DNA of 64,000 nt from a virus: positions 66,654 through 130,653 of IMG/VR virus record IMGVR_UViG_3300030331_006142; one strand, written 5' to 3'. The first letter of the stretch is position 1. Every line of letters begins with the position of its first letter. Below are positions 25,103 to 34,104 of the stretch, piece after piece. The notes beneath the pieces are model-generated. The model saw only the letters and a list, made by a program, of their open reading frames with translations. It searched no databases and was not told the origin of the DNA. Made by a program: the position numbers and the translations under genes.

Positions 25103-28100
25103 CTATGCTAAAAGCTTAAACATTTTTCTGACACTGAAGGTGGAAAACCCCCAATTTGGGTCATACTTCAACCTTGCCATGTATGGTCGGTTAATATGTA
25201 TGATATCCCTCTCCGGGTCAACGCCCCAGCATCTAATTGTATTAGTTTCATTGTTGTCATCAATAACCTTGACGACAAAAAAGTTTTTACCGTTCTTTGA
25301 CTTCTTTAGTTTACACTCCCTTGGAATGAACCAAGTCACACCCAGCTCTGGGTCATATTCTGAAATGGGGGGGATATAAAGTTCGTTAAGTTTGTTTCTT
25401 ACCGTTTCAGTTATGACAGAGCTAATCGGGAAAACACCGGTTAGATTAACTAAGGATTCGAGCTTCTCTTCTTCACTGAAGTCCCCCTCTGGTTCGTACT
25501 TTGCGATATTTTCCTCTAGGTTTTTCAGCTTCCTTGGGCGGTCGACGCAAACTGCCGACCAAAAATGGCGGAGGCCCGAGAACCTCTCGTCAACCAAGTC
25601 GTTGAGTGCTTGTGCGCGACATAGAGCATCTAGAGCCTTTTTATTGAGCTTTGAATATTTAACCTTGTCGTGAAACAAAAAGTCTTCAACCGTGTTAAAT
25701 GGCCTGTGTTCAATAATCTGCTGAATAGCGACTGCGCCGAGGCCCTTGATAGATGTTAGGGGTTGGACCAATGTCTTACTATCTTCGCTAATCTCCCAAT
25801 TCACACCCGAAGTGTTTATGTTCAGAGGCTCAACGATATATCCCATTGATTTTGCGGTGGCAATAGCTCTCTCTTTTCTGGTTTCGGGCTCCTTATCCAA
25901 GAAGGCAGCTAGCCATTCGGCTGGATAGTAGTTGAGTAACCAAGCGCACTGATAGGACAAGATACAGTAAGAAACTGCATGAGATTTATTGAAGCCATAG
26001 CCTGAAAAGTATTCAAACTTGTTCCAAAGCTCTCTTGCCTCGTGCGAGGCCATACCCTTCTCGAGGCAGCCCTTATGAAATTTGTCAAAGATTTTATCTT
26101 TCTCTTCTGCAACTACCCCTGTACCTTTCTTGGTTAAGAGTTTGCGGAGCTTGTTGCCTTCATCTAGGGTCAGGTTCTTGCCAAGCTTGTGAGCCAGAAG
26201 CGCGATTTGCTCTTGAAAAATAAGAAAACCATACGTTTCCTGAGTTACATCACGAACAGTTTGGTTCTGATACTCTACCTCATCCGGCTCTTGTTTTGCT
26301 CCGATGAACATCTTGTCAACGCCGGCTGACAGTGGGCCGGGTCGGTAGATAGAGGTAATCGCCGCAAGGTCTGTAATATTGTCTGGCTTTGCATTTTTGC
26401 AGAACGATTGTGCTCCGGGTTCTGTAAATTGGAAGATACCAGCCCATTTGCCTTTGTGGAATACATTTCGCCAGACCTGACTGTCATCTAGGTCAATCTT
26501 GTCTGGGTGCAGATGCTCATTGTAAAAGTTCCTGACCTGTTCAAATGTTGGGTTATCGATTCCATGGTGTCTCTTTAGGATACGCTCAACGGCGCCTTCT
26601 ACCATTCTAAGAGAAGCCAAACCAAGAATATCAAACTTAATAAAACCCATGGGCTCAAGATGTCTAACATTTTGTCCTTCACTCCAAGGTGTCTGACGGA
26701 CACCACCACTATTAATTAGTGGCATCCACTCATCTAGTCTCTCGCCAATCACCACACCACCGGCATGACGACTAGCAGAACGAGTCTGGCCATAGAGCGT
26801 TTCGACATGGGTCTTGATGTGTGGATATTTCTCCAAGAATTTTTGAAGCGTTTCAGAATACATCATTAGTTCTTCGAATGTCGGAGCATAAACACCAGCT
26901 GTAATGCCGTGTGCTTTCTTCGCAGGCGGCGTAGCTTCATGAACCATCTTACTGGTCACATTGTTCACCTCTGTAAACTCAATACCATAGAACTTTGAAA
27001 TGTCCTTGATAAGAGAACGAAGCTGTAATGTGTTCCAGTTAGTGATAGGCACAACTGTATCATCACCCCACTCATCAATCAGATATTCCTTCAGAACCAT
27101 CGGGTCGGATACATCATAGTCAATATCTGGATAGCCTGAGCCGCCCTTGGTTAAAAACCGCTCAAACTGAAGACCATACTTGATTGGGTCAACCTGCGTA
27201 ATGCCAAGAACATAAGACACCAAGGAGCCGGCGGCAGAGCCGCGCCCAGGACCAACAAGCTGTTTCTCGACAGCCATATCAGAAATAGCTTTCATTGTCA
27301 AGAAGTATTTAGAGAAGCCTCGACCATCAATGATATCGACCTCGTACTTCAACCTCTCGGCATATTCTTTGTTCTCTGCGAGACCAAGGCTCCTAGCTCC
27401 CTCAACACATAAAGCAGCAAGAGTTTGCCCTGCCGTACTACCTTCTGGCACAACAAAGTCTGGAAGGCGAACCTCATTGTCTGGTAGAAAGTTTGCGATA
27501 CGCTCGTGGGCAATATAGTAAGTTCTCTTGATGGACTCAAGAACAAGCTTGTCGTCATACTCTACTCCAACTGACTTGGAGTAATTCTTGTATGCTTCCC
27601 ACATCTGGTCTCCGTTCTTGGGATACAACTCGTATCCAATCTCCTCGACAGAAATAGGCAATTCCTCAGATAAATAATCTGGTCTGCCTTTGCCCAACCA
27701 GCCGAGGCGCTTGTATAACTCTCTGTCTTTCCAGACATTCTCATTGTAGTAGTGAGAATCCGCAGTTGATATCAAGTCGATGCCAAACTCATAGTGCATC
27801 TGAATGATATACTGGTTTAGTTCGTGCTGTTCTGGAATGTTGTTCCACTGTAACTCGCCATACCATCGGTCACCAAAGATAGACTGCATCTTTTGTGTCG
27901 TGCTTCTCATTGCATCAAGGACAGCATCCGGGCCTTCGTCACGATTTTCCCAATAGTTTCCAGCGTATACACCACCAAGACAGGCACTGGCTGCAATGAC
28001 GCCCTTGTTGTATTTCTTCAGCAAAGCATAGTCAACTCGTGGATAGCGATAGAAGTTATCGCCAACATAACTGGTTGAAATCATTTTGAAAATGTTTTGT

Positions 28101-28531
28101 AAACCTTCTTGGTCTTGCGCAAGGAGAATAAGGTGTCGTCTACGATTTAGGACAGACTTCATCTTTTTCTTTGAAGCTTCGTTCTCGACGGTTGTACCCG
28201 ATGAGCCATCTTCATACTCTGACTTCTTCTTCGCTGCTGCTTTGATTTGTTCGTATTCTTTCTTCCACTTTGCAACAGATGGAATGAAATATGCCTCAAC
28301 ACCAAAGATTGGTTTGAAGTCTTTTCCTGACTTCTTCATTTTCTTGGCATGAAGAACTTGTCCTGCGAGACCATTAGCATTCCCATGGTCAGTAAGTGCA
28401 AGGGCGTCCATGCCATTTTCATAAGCAAAGTCCATATGTTCTGCTGGGTACCCGAGGGCGTCAAAGGGTGAGCCCGCGACGGAATGGGCATGAAGCCCGA
28501 CAAAAGGAATACTAGGCTTATTTCTGGACAT
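25103..28531 (-). CDS. dnaE: DNA polymerase III alpha subunit (family C)
   Basis: PHP LHAHS/LTDHG, GRGSAAGSLV, PDIDYD, RHAGGV, KFDILGL, YGFNKSH motifs. Confidence 0.96.
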   Translation of the reverse strand: MSRNKPSIPFVGLHAHSVAGSPFDALGYPAEHMDFAYENGMDALALTDHGNANGLAGQVLHAKKMKKSGKDFKPIFGVEAYFIPSVAKWKKEYEQIKAAAKKKSEYEDGSSGTTVENEASKKKMKSVLNRRRHLILLAQDQEGLQNIFKMISTSYVGDNFYRYPRVDYALLKKYNKGVIAASACLGGVYAGNYWENRDEGPDAVLDAMRSTTQKMQSIFGDRWYGELQWNNIPEQHELNQYIIQMHYEFGIDLISTADSHYYNENVWKDRELYKRLGWLGKGRPDYLSEELPISVEEIGYELYPKNGDQMWEAYKNYSKSVGVEYDDKLVLESIKRTYYIAHERIANFLPDNEVRLPDFVVPEGSTAGQTLAALCVEGARSLGLAENKEYAERLKYEVDIIDGRGFSKYFLTMKAISDMAVEKQLVGPGRGSAAGSLVSYVLGITQVDPIKYGLQFERFLTKGGSGYPDIDYDVSDPMVLKEYLIDEWGDDTVVPITNWNTLQLRSLIKDISKFYGIEFTEVNNVTSKMVHEATPPAKKAHGITAGVYAPTFEELMMYSETLQKFLEKYPHIKTHVETLYGQTRSASRHAGGVVIGERLDEWMPLINSGGVRQTPWSEGQNVRHLEPMGFIKFDILGLASLRMVEGAVERILKRHHGIDNPTFEQVRNFYNEHLHPDKIDLDDSQVWRNVFHKGKWAGIFQFTEPGAQSFCKNAKPDNITDLAAITSIYRPGPLSAGVDKMFIGAKQEPDEVEYQNQTVRDVTQETYGFLIFQEQIALLAHKLGKNLTLDEGNKLRKLLTKKGTGVVAEEKDKIFDKFHKGCLEKGMASHEARELWNKFEYFSGYGFNKSHAVSYCILSYQCAWLLNYYPAEWLAAFLDKEPETRKERAIATAKSMGYIVEPLNINTSGVNWEISEDSKTLVQPLTSIKGLGAVAIQQIIEHRPFNTVEDFLFHDKVKYSKLNKKALDALCRAQALNDLVDERFSGLRHFWSAVCVDRPRKLKNLEENIAKYEPEGDFSEEEKLESLVNLTGVFPISSVITETVRNKLNELYIPPISEYDPELGVTWFIPRECKLKKSKNGKNFFVVKVIDDNNETNTIRCWGVDPERDIIHINRPYMARLKYDPNWGFSTFSVRKMFKLLA

Positions 28532-28772
28532 TTGCAATTACGGCCTCCAAATCAGACTTAATCAAATTAAGGTCTTCTAGAATTTCTTCTTGTTTTTGTT
28601 TGTTTTGCACAATTCCACCAAACAAGTCACGAAAAAATAACTGCTGGTCTGTGCTCATTGTAGCAAAAGTAAGTGGCAGCTTGGCTGCTTCCTTCGTGTG
28701 ATATGCCAAGTCATCGTAGACTTGCTCTAATGTTTCTCTATCTTTCATTTTTTTCCTTTCAGGATTTTTCAA
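28518..28772 (-). CDS. hypothetical protein
   Basis: 84-aa ORF overlapping dnaE start. Confidence 0.55.
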   Translation of the reverse strand: MKNPERKKMKDRETLEQVYDDLAYHTKEAAKLPLTFATMSTDQQLFFRDLFGGIVQNKQKQEEILEDLNLIKSDLEAVIANVQK

Positions 28773-29602
28773 ATAAAATAAGGCTTTCTCATGTTTTTGG
28801 ACATGCCCTTAAAGATTAAATTACTAGCATAGAAGCTCCTCAAGGAGTCCCAACTGTCAAGTGTATAATATTTTTCTATCTCTATCATTTCTTGTACATC
28901 TATTTTATCATGTTTAAATATTTTGTCAAGTGTAAAATGCCTAGCTGACCAACGTTCTTCGATGGGTAAGCCTTTATCCCCGCCAGTGTTACTCTCATTG
29001 AGTTGCCTGCGAAAAAGCAACCAGTCCTCAGGCGTGAAGCTGAAGGGGAGATATAAGCCATCCCTAACTGACTTTCCTTTATGAAAGCCGTATATCTTTT
29101 TGCCGGCCCTTATATCTGCGCGGTGTTTTTTCATTGCCAATGGAGAATATATTGCACAAGGGAATGATACAAAGTAGCTGCTTGGTATTGCCCATTTTGA
29201 TATTTTTTTTGAAACCACAAAAGATGTTAAAGCGCCGTGCAAAACAGACCACCCTAAGCTATCTATCCTGTTTCTATGCTTCTGTAGAATAGGAGTATAA
29301 AATATTGAAATGTATTCTTTTTTGTAGTCGGGATATTTTTTAAAGTTCCAGCTATCGTATATTACAGGGTCTAATATATAGTCTCCAAGTCTTTTCCTAA
29401 TTAGTGGTGACGTACTGTCATTGCACACTATCCAAATGCTCTTACAACCCACATAAGCGCACTCCTTTACAGAACGCTCGACTGCTAAAAAGTCCGGTGC
29501 AATAGGCTGCAGCACGTCTGGCCATGGGAGATTAAGTTCTTCTTTTCTTCCCGCAATTGGGACAATGCCAACTAAATTCCTATTTACATGTGGTGTATCC
29601 AC
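28769..29602 (-). CDS. nucleotidyltransferase/GT-A-fold-like protein
   Basis: LVGIVPIAG...LQPIA...KSIWIVCN resembles the NTP-transferase N-terminus. Confidence 0.55.
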   Translation of the reverse strand: MDTPHVNRNLVGIVPIAGRKEELNLPWPDVLQPIAPDFLAVERSVKECAYVGCKSIWIVCNDSTSPLIRKRLGDYILDPVIYDSWNFKKYPDYKKEYISIFYTPILQKHRNRIDSLGWSVLHGALTSFVVSKKISKWAIPSSYFVSFPCAIYSPLAMKKHRADIRAGKKIYGFHKGKSVRDGLYLPFSFTPEDWLLFRRQLNESNTGGDKGLPIEERWSARHFTLDKIFKHDKIDVQEMIEIEKYYTLDSWDSLRSFYASNLIFKGMSKNMRKPYFI

Positions 29603-30371
29603 TATAAAATTCCTCTACTGAAGGGTTTATAAACTTGATTCTATCGCTGTCAAAATATTCATTGTTATCTTCCTCGAATAAAATTCTCTCTACATGCTCG
29701 ACGGTGACCCTCCTAAGCTTAGGTTTGGAGTTTGGTTGTGGAGCTTTTTCATAAACTCCTGCATAGCCAGCATCAGCCAGACAACTCCTTAGCTTGAACA
29801 TTGCCATTGTATCTGAATAATTAAAATCATGCAAGTCTTTTTCTTCTAGTCTTGACAGCGTTATCGCATCTGTTACCCTTTTTGCTCCATCGACTCGGCC
29901 AGAATTGTAGAAACAGGCCTTGAAAACTAATTTATCTAGCGTGTTAATTGGCGATAAGTTTTCTTTCTTGGTCCCCAGCCTGGAAAGCTTGAAGTCGTCA
30001 ATAACTAAAAATGTTTTCGGTTTTGCGATTTTTACAGGGTTTTCAAAAGTAATATTCGCATTGTCGCAAATGTAACACTTCTCAAAAGTATAACTCGCCA
30101 AAAGGTCATTTCCAAATAATTTTAGACTATTATCCGACACCCTTATTCTTTTTGTTTCTTTCTCTGTCAGGTTCGCACCCACGAAACTTAAGATGTTTTG
30201 AATTTCATCAAATATCTCTCTCTTTCCCTTCATTCCGAGAAAAGACTGCTTTTCTGGGTCATCAAAGAAGAAAGGACGAAAAGTACAATTCGCAATGAAA
30301 TGGTATTGATTGTAGAAAGCGTACATTATTGAGGCAAGAGAGTGGCCGATAACGATGTTCTTTATAAACAC
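29580..30371 (-). CDS. hypothetical protein
   Basis: 263 aa; NIVIGHSLASIMYA recalls a degenerate Rossmann start. Confidence 0.6.
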   Translation of the reverse strand: MFIKNIVIGHSLASIMYAFYNQYHFIANCTFRPFFFDDPEKQSFLGMKGKREIFDEIQNILSFVGANLTEKETKRIRVSDNSLKLFGNDLLASYTFEKCYICDNANITFENPVKIAKPKTFLVIDDFKLSRLGTKKENLSPINTLDKLVFKACFYNSGRVDGAKRVTDAITLSRLEEKDLHDFNYSDTMAMFKLRSCLADAGYAGVYEKAPQPNSKPKLRRVTVEHVERILFEEDNNEYFDSDRIKFINPSVEEFYSGYTTCK

Positions 30372-32428
30372 ATCAACTCTGACGCGAAAATATAAGCAGG
30401 TTCAAATGGATAAGACATAAGTGCTGCCTGGGGACCCTCCTCTCTCGGAAGACACGCCTCGTCAATTATAGACATCAAATCATTATACATGCTTAGTGCA
30501 TCAGATGTGAGCTGGAAATTGCGACCCCCGGTCGCAATTGCCATATCTTCCCAATCTCCGTTGAAGGGTTTAGAGAATGTGTACAACTTTAAATTGATTG
30601 AGGCCGCGGCCGTGGCAGCAACAATCTCCGCAGTTATAGGGCGCCCGGGGCCCTCAGGGTCATCTGCATCTCGGAGATAAGATTGTTCATCCTCATCAGA
30701 GAACACAATAATGACCCTAGCCGAGTTATCTCTCCAGTTTATAATAAAATTCTCCTTATCTGGTAAACTACTCGTATCCCTCCACCAACTGGTTGCTGCT
30801 ATGTCCACAGGAGCATCCTGTGAGATGTTTCTTGTGGATAGATATATAGCATCGAGTAGCATTTCACTGCCTGTATCCATGCCTTCGTCGCCTAAAGCAG
30901 AAAAACTTGCAAGAAATTGTTCGAAGGGAGAAATATTTGATACCAAAACCAAGGTTTCATCCCCATCCTCAACAAACTCTTTTGGACCCACAATCAGCCC
31001 CCACTGAAGTGGTTCTTCCGCCCTAAAGTGAGTGGAGAACCGATTGAGAGCTATTTTTACTGCCTCGATTTCATCATCCATAGACCCAGACCAATCAATT
31101 ATAAACAAAATATCTGTTTCCCTTATTTCCTCTCCGTAATCAACAACTCCATCACAGTCATTATCGGCGCCGTCACATATCTCTTCCTGAGGTGTCACTT
31201 CGCCCAAACAAAAGCCGGCTTGAAAATTATTATCTACATCGTTGCCCCAGGCGCCGCGTGAGCAGTACATCTCTCCGGGCGAACAGACTCCCACAAACAA
31301 TGTTTCTGGCTGGGCCGTATAACAAGCTTGGGTTAAATCCTCGTCGATGGACTCATCACAATCCTCGTCGAAATTGTTGCAATCCTCCTGCTGTAAGACA
31401 ATACCGATGCGCGGGTCGCATGGTGGTGGCTCTGGTACTGGGAGATATGTGCACAATGCCGCACAGTCAGTCATTCTCATCTCTGTGCAGTTCTCATCTA
31501 CGCATTCACACGTCTTAAAACCCTGGCCGCACAAAAGCGGACTCTCAAAGCAAGGCATCAAGTTTCCCACATCGTCCGCGGTGCACAGGCAATTCAGTTC
31601 TTCGTCTATTTGTCCGTCGCAATCGTTGTCTTCGCCATCACATTCCTCATCCGAAGGCTGAGTTGCGGTGCATGATATCCAATTGCCAGCCATACATGTT
31701 TCTATCCCCCTTTCACAGGCGGTCTCGCATGGCCGGACAAGTTCTTCATCAATTGTTCCGTCGCAGTCGTTATCAACGTTATCGCAGATATCTTGGGGCA
31801 CTGGGCCGCAGGCATCGCAAACATTCCTTTGCTCTTCATCAATTTCGCCGTCACAGTCGTCGTCCTTATAGTTACACCTCTCTTCTTCCGGTTCGCAAAC
31901 TATACACTCTCCATACTCAATATTGCCTTTGGAACATAAGATTTGTTGTTGACCCTCAACGCCCTCTATTTCACATCGAACAGAAATTGTAATATCATTC
32001 TCAATCCCCGGGGGGCACTGAAGGATAGTGTTGCAGCCACTCCTAGACAACACCTCGTTTGGAGGGCATGTCAAGTCCTGGCTCCTGTCGCAAACTTCGA
32101 ACATGTCATTACAGATATTCATCACAACTTCGGACGCTTGCACGCCTAACCCACTAGGAGGGCAATACCACATCTGACGCTGGCAACACTCAGGCTTACA
32201 ATCGCAAAAGTTATCCTCTGAGCTGGTAACCCTCTCACATGGGTCGATATATGCGTCAGGAAAGAGAAAATCAATATAATAAATATCTGCGTATGCAGCA
32301 TCTAGCAGGCTCGAATCTACAGATATTCTATGTGCATCTGGATTCATGGAGGAACTGACAGAATTATCGCTGCAAGATACAAGTGCAGAGACCGTAAGAA
32401 AACAAATAAGATTTACAGTGTTGTTCAT
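30362..32428 (-). CDS. lipoprotein with MopE-related Cys/Asp repeats and C-terminal vWA domain
   Basis: LVSC lipobox; repeated CDGxDNDCDGxIDE-type motifs; DILFIIDWSGS MIDAS; IIVFSDE; start at 32428 overlaps the thyX stop. Confidence 0.85.
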   Translation of the reverse strand: MNNTVNLICFLTVSALVSCSDNSVSSSMNPDAHRISVDSSLLDAAYADIYYIDFLFPDAYIDPCERVTSSEDNFCDCKPECCQRQMWYCPPSGLGVQASEVVMNICNDMFEVCDRSQDLTCPPNEVLSRSGCNTILQCPPGIENDITISVRCEIEGVEGQQQILCSKGNIEYGECIVCEPEEERCNYKDDDCDGEIDEEQRNVCDACGPVPQDICDNVDNDCDGTIDEELVRPCETACERGIETCMAGNWISCTATQPSDEECDGEDNDCDGQIDEELNCLCTADDVGNLMPCFESPLLCGQGFKTCECVDENCTEMRMTDCAALCTYLPVPEPPPCDPRIGIVLQQEDCNNFDEDCDESIDEDLTQACYTAQPETLFVGVCSPGEMYCSRGAWGNDVDNNFQAGFCLGEVTPQEEICDGADNDCDGVVDYGEEIRETDILFIIDWSGSMDDEIEAVKIALNRFSTHFRAEEPLQWGLIVGPKEFVEDGDETLVLVSNISPFEQFLASFSALGDEGMDTGSEMLLDAIYLSTRNISQDAPVDIAATSWWRDTSSLPDKENFIINWRDNSARVIIVFSDEDEQSYLRDADDPEGPGRPITAEIVAATAAASINLKLYTFSKPFNGDWEDMAIATGGRNFQLTSDALSMYNDLMSIIDEACLPREEGPQAALMSYPFEPAYIFASELMCL

Positions 32429-33132
32429 TCTTCTCTCTTTCTTTGGAAAGCGCTTACAGAAATTGGGTAATGCTGGAGCGCTATCTCCATACACGCCTTT
32501 GCAACCTGCTGAATCTCCCATTGGGCCCCGTCGTGAATGCGCAGTGAAACAAACTTTAATAAATTGTGCAAATTTACGGTTCCATAGTATTCGGTGTATA
32601 AATTTTGCGGCAAAACTCCGCGGGCCTGCTCTCTACAAACTCCCGCTTCAATCATAGCGTTGTAAAGATTCAAACTTCTAGAGTTATGCATTTTGACAGC
32701 ATTCGAGGCAGATTCATACCCTATTTGTAAATAAGCAGAATCAAGAGTTGGGTTAACCAACTCATTGTTGCTAGCCTGGCGGTTGCTTTTGTGCTGTGTT
32801 CTAAATTTTGGCGGACTATAGAACCTCATGTCAACACCGGTGTACCTTCTGCTAATCTCATTGTAGGCCCAGGTTCTATGCCTGTGGTGCTGAGAACGTA
32901 TGAACAGTGGAACAGTAAAACGCATAGTAATCGTACAGTGTTCAAATGGACTGGTGTGGTTGTGCTGAATAAGGTAATTTATAAGTTTAATGTCTTTCTC
33001 GTCGAGAAAGTGCTTCTCTGCCCCGAAAGAGACTCTTGCTGCATTAACGACTGTTAAATCACTACCCATGTGGGAAACGTATTCTACTTTTCCTATTCCA
33101 TCTTCGAATAAATCATAAGTCTTCTGCTTCAT
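32425..33132 (-). CDS. thyX: flavin-dependent thymidylate synthase
   Basis: AARVS, HTSPFEH, RHRTWAYNEISRRY, REQAR.VLP, AQWEI motifs. Confidence 0.95.
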   Translation of the reverse strand: MKQKTYDLFEDGIGKVEYVSHMGSDLTVVNAARVSFGAEKHFLDEKDIKLINYLIQHNHTSPFEHCTITMRFTVPLFIRSQHHRHRTWAYNEISRRYTGVDMRFYSPPKFRTQHKSNRQASNNELVNPTLDSAYLQIGYESASNAVKMHNSRSLNLYNAMIEAGVCREQARGVLPQNLYTEYYGTVNLHNLLKFVSLRIHDGAQWEIQQVAKACMEIALQHYPISVSAFQRKREE

Positions 33133-33460
33133 TGAACCCTCTTAAAAAGCCCATCACATAATTCTCTAAAATTACCGTGTATTTCTTATCTCTATACTCG
33201 ATTTCCTCAGTCATTGAAGAGTCAATAATTATTGTCCTCTTTTCTCTTTCTAGGGATTTAATCTTCTGAAAAGCCATCGAGCAATCTGGTGCAATTTCTA
33301 GAACGGTAGCCGCGACGTAGCGGCTGTTTTTGTTCTCTTTGTAGTCATCGGGCAGAATGACTGCGCTTTTTTGCTCTTCTCGGTGTTCTAGATTTTTATG
33401 TACTATAATTGTCAAGTGCCTATTCAAAGGCTTCAAAACCGGGGCTACCTTATTATACAT
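33113..33460 (-). CDS. GroES-like co-chaperonin
   Basis: LKPLNRHL, VILPD, ATVLEIA, YTVILENYVMG. Confidence 0.6.
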   Translation of the reverse strand: MYNKVAPVLKPLNRHLTIIVHKNLEHREEQKSAVILPDDYKENKNSRYVAATVLEIAPDCSMAFQKIKSLEREKRTIIIDSSMTEEIEYRDKKYTVILENYVMGFLRGFNEAEDL

Positions 33461-33725
33461 TGTTAATTGTCCTTACTGTTCTCTTTAATCTGTTAAAGTA
33501 ATCCGTCAATTGCTCCATATCGGTGTCTGATTTCACCAGCCTGTAAGCCTTTACAGCTAGTCTCATTTCTTCCTTCGAGAGCCAGCCATTTTCATCATAA
33601 GATTCACGTAGGTCTCTTCTTTGTTCTTTGAAGGGTTCCATTGCATCTTCAATGGCAGCAAATTCTTTTACAAAATTGGAAAGGTGTTCTTCGGTTGTTA
33701 GTAGTTTATCATCGTTGGAACTCAT
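33453..33725 (-). CDS. GapR/DUF2312/T4 DsbA-like dsDNA-binding protein
   Basis: FVKEF..IED...KEQRRDL..SY.ENG...KEEMRLAVK helical pattern. Confidence 0.55.
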   Translation of the reverse strand: MSSNDDKLLTTEEHLSNFVKEFAAIEDAMEPFKEQRRDLRESYDENGWLSKEEMRLAVKAYRLVKSDTDMEQLTDYFNRLKRTVRTINNV

Positions 33726-33755
33726 TTTTACTCCTTCGTGTTAAGTTCTTTTAAT

Positions 33756-33784
33756 ATGATATTATATTATATCGTAGATGTCAA
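33756..33784 (-). promoter_or_regulatory. sigma70-type promoter
   Basis: TTGACA-17nt-TATCAT. Confidence 0.6.
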
Positions 33785-33789
33785 GAGGT

Positions 33790-34104
33790 TTAAACAGAAA
33801 AACTCTCACCGCAACCACAAGTTCTTTTTGCGTTTGGGTTTAAAAATTTAAATCCAGACTGATTTAATTCATTTACAAAATCTATTTGTGTTCCCATCAA
33901 ATAAAGATAGCTTTTTGGGTCAACATAGATGTTGATACCACAACTCTCTAATATCCGGTCGGTAGGTTCCGGGTTGTCAAACTTTAAATTATATGTGAAT
34001 CCTGAGCATCCCCCTCCTCGCACTCCAGCTCTGACACCAGTTTCTTCTTTATCTTCGAGAAGTGCTTTTATCTTCGCCGCGGCGGATTGAGTTAAAGCTA
34101 TCAT
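33790..34104 (-). CDS. iscA: Fe-S cluster carrier, IscA/HesB family
   Basis: GGGCSGFTY, NPNAKRTCGCGESF motifs. Confidence 0.93.
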   Translation of the reverse strand: MIALTQSAAAKIKALLEDKEETGVRAGVRGGGCSGFTYNLKFDNPEPTDRILESCGINIYVDPKSYLYLMGTQIDFVNELNQSGFKFLNPNAKRTCGCGESFSV

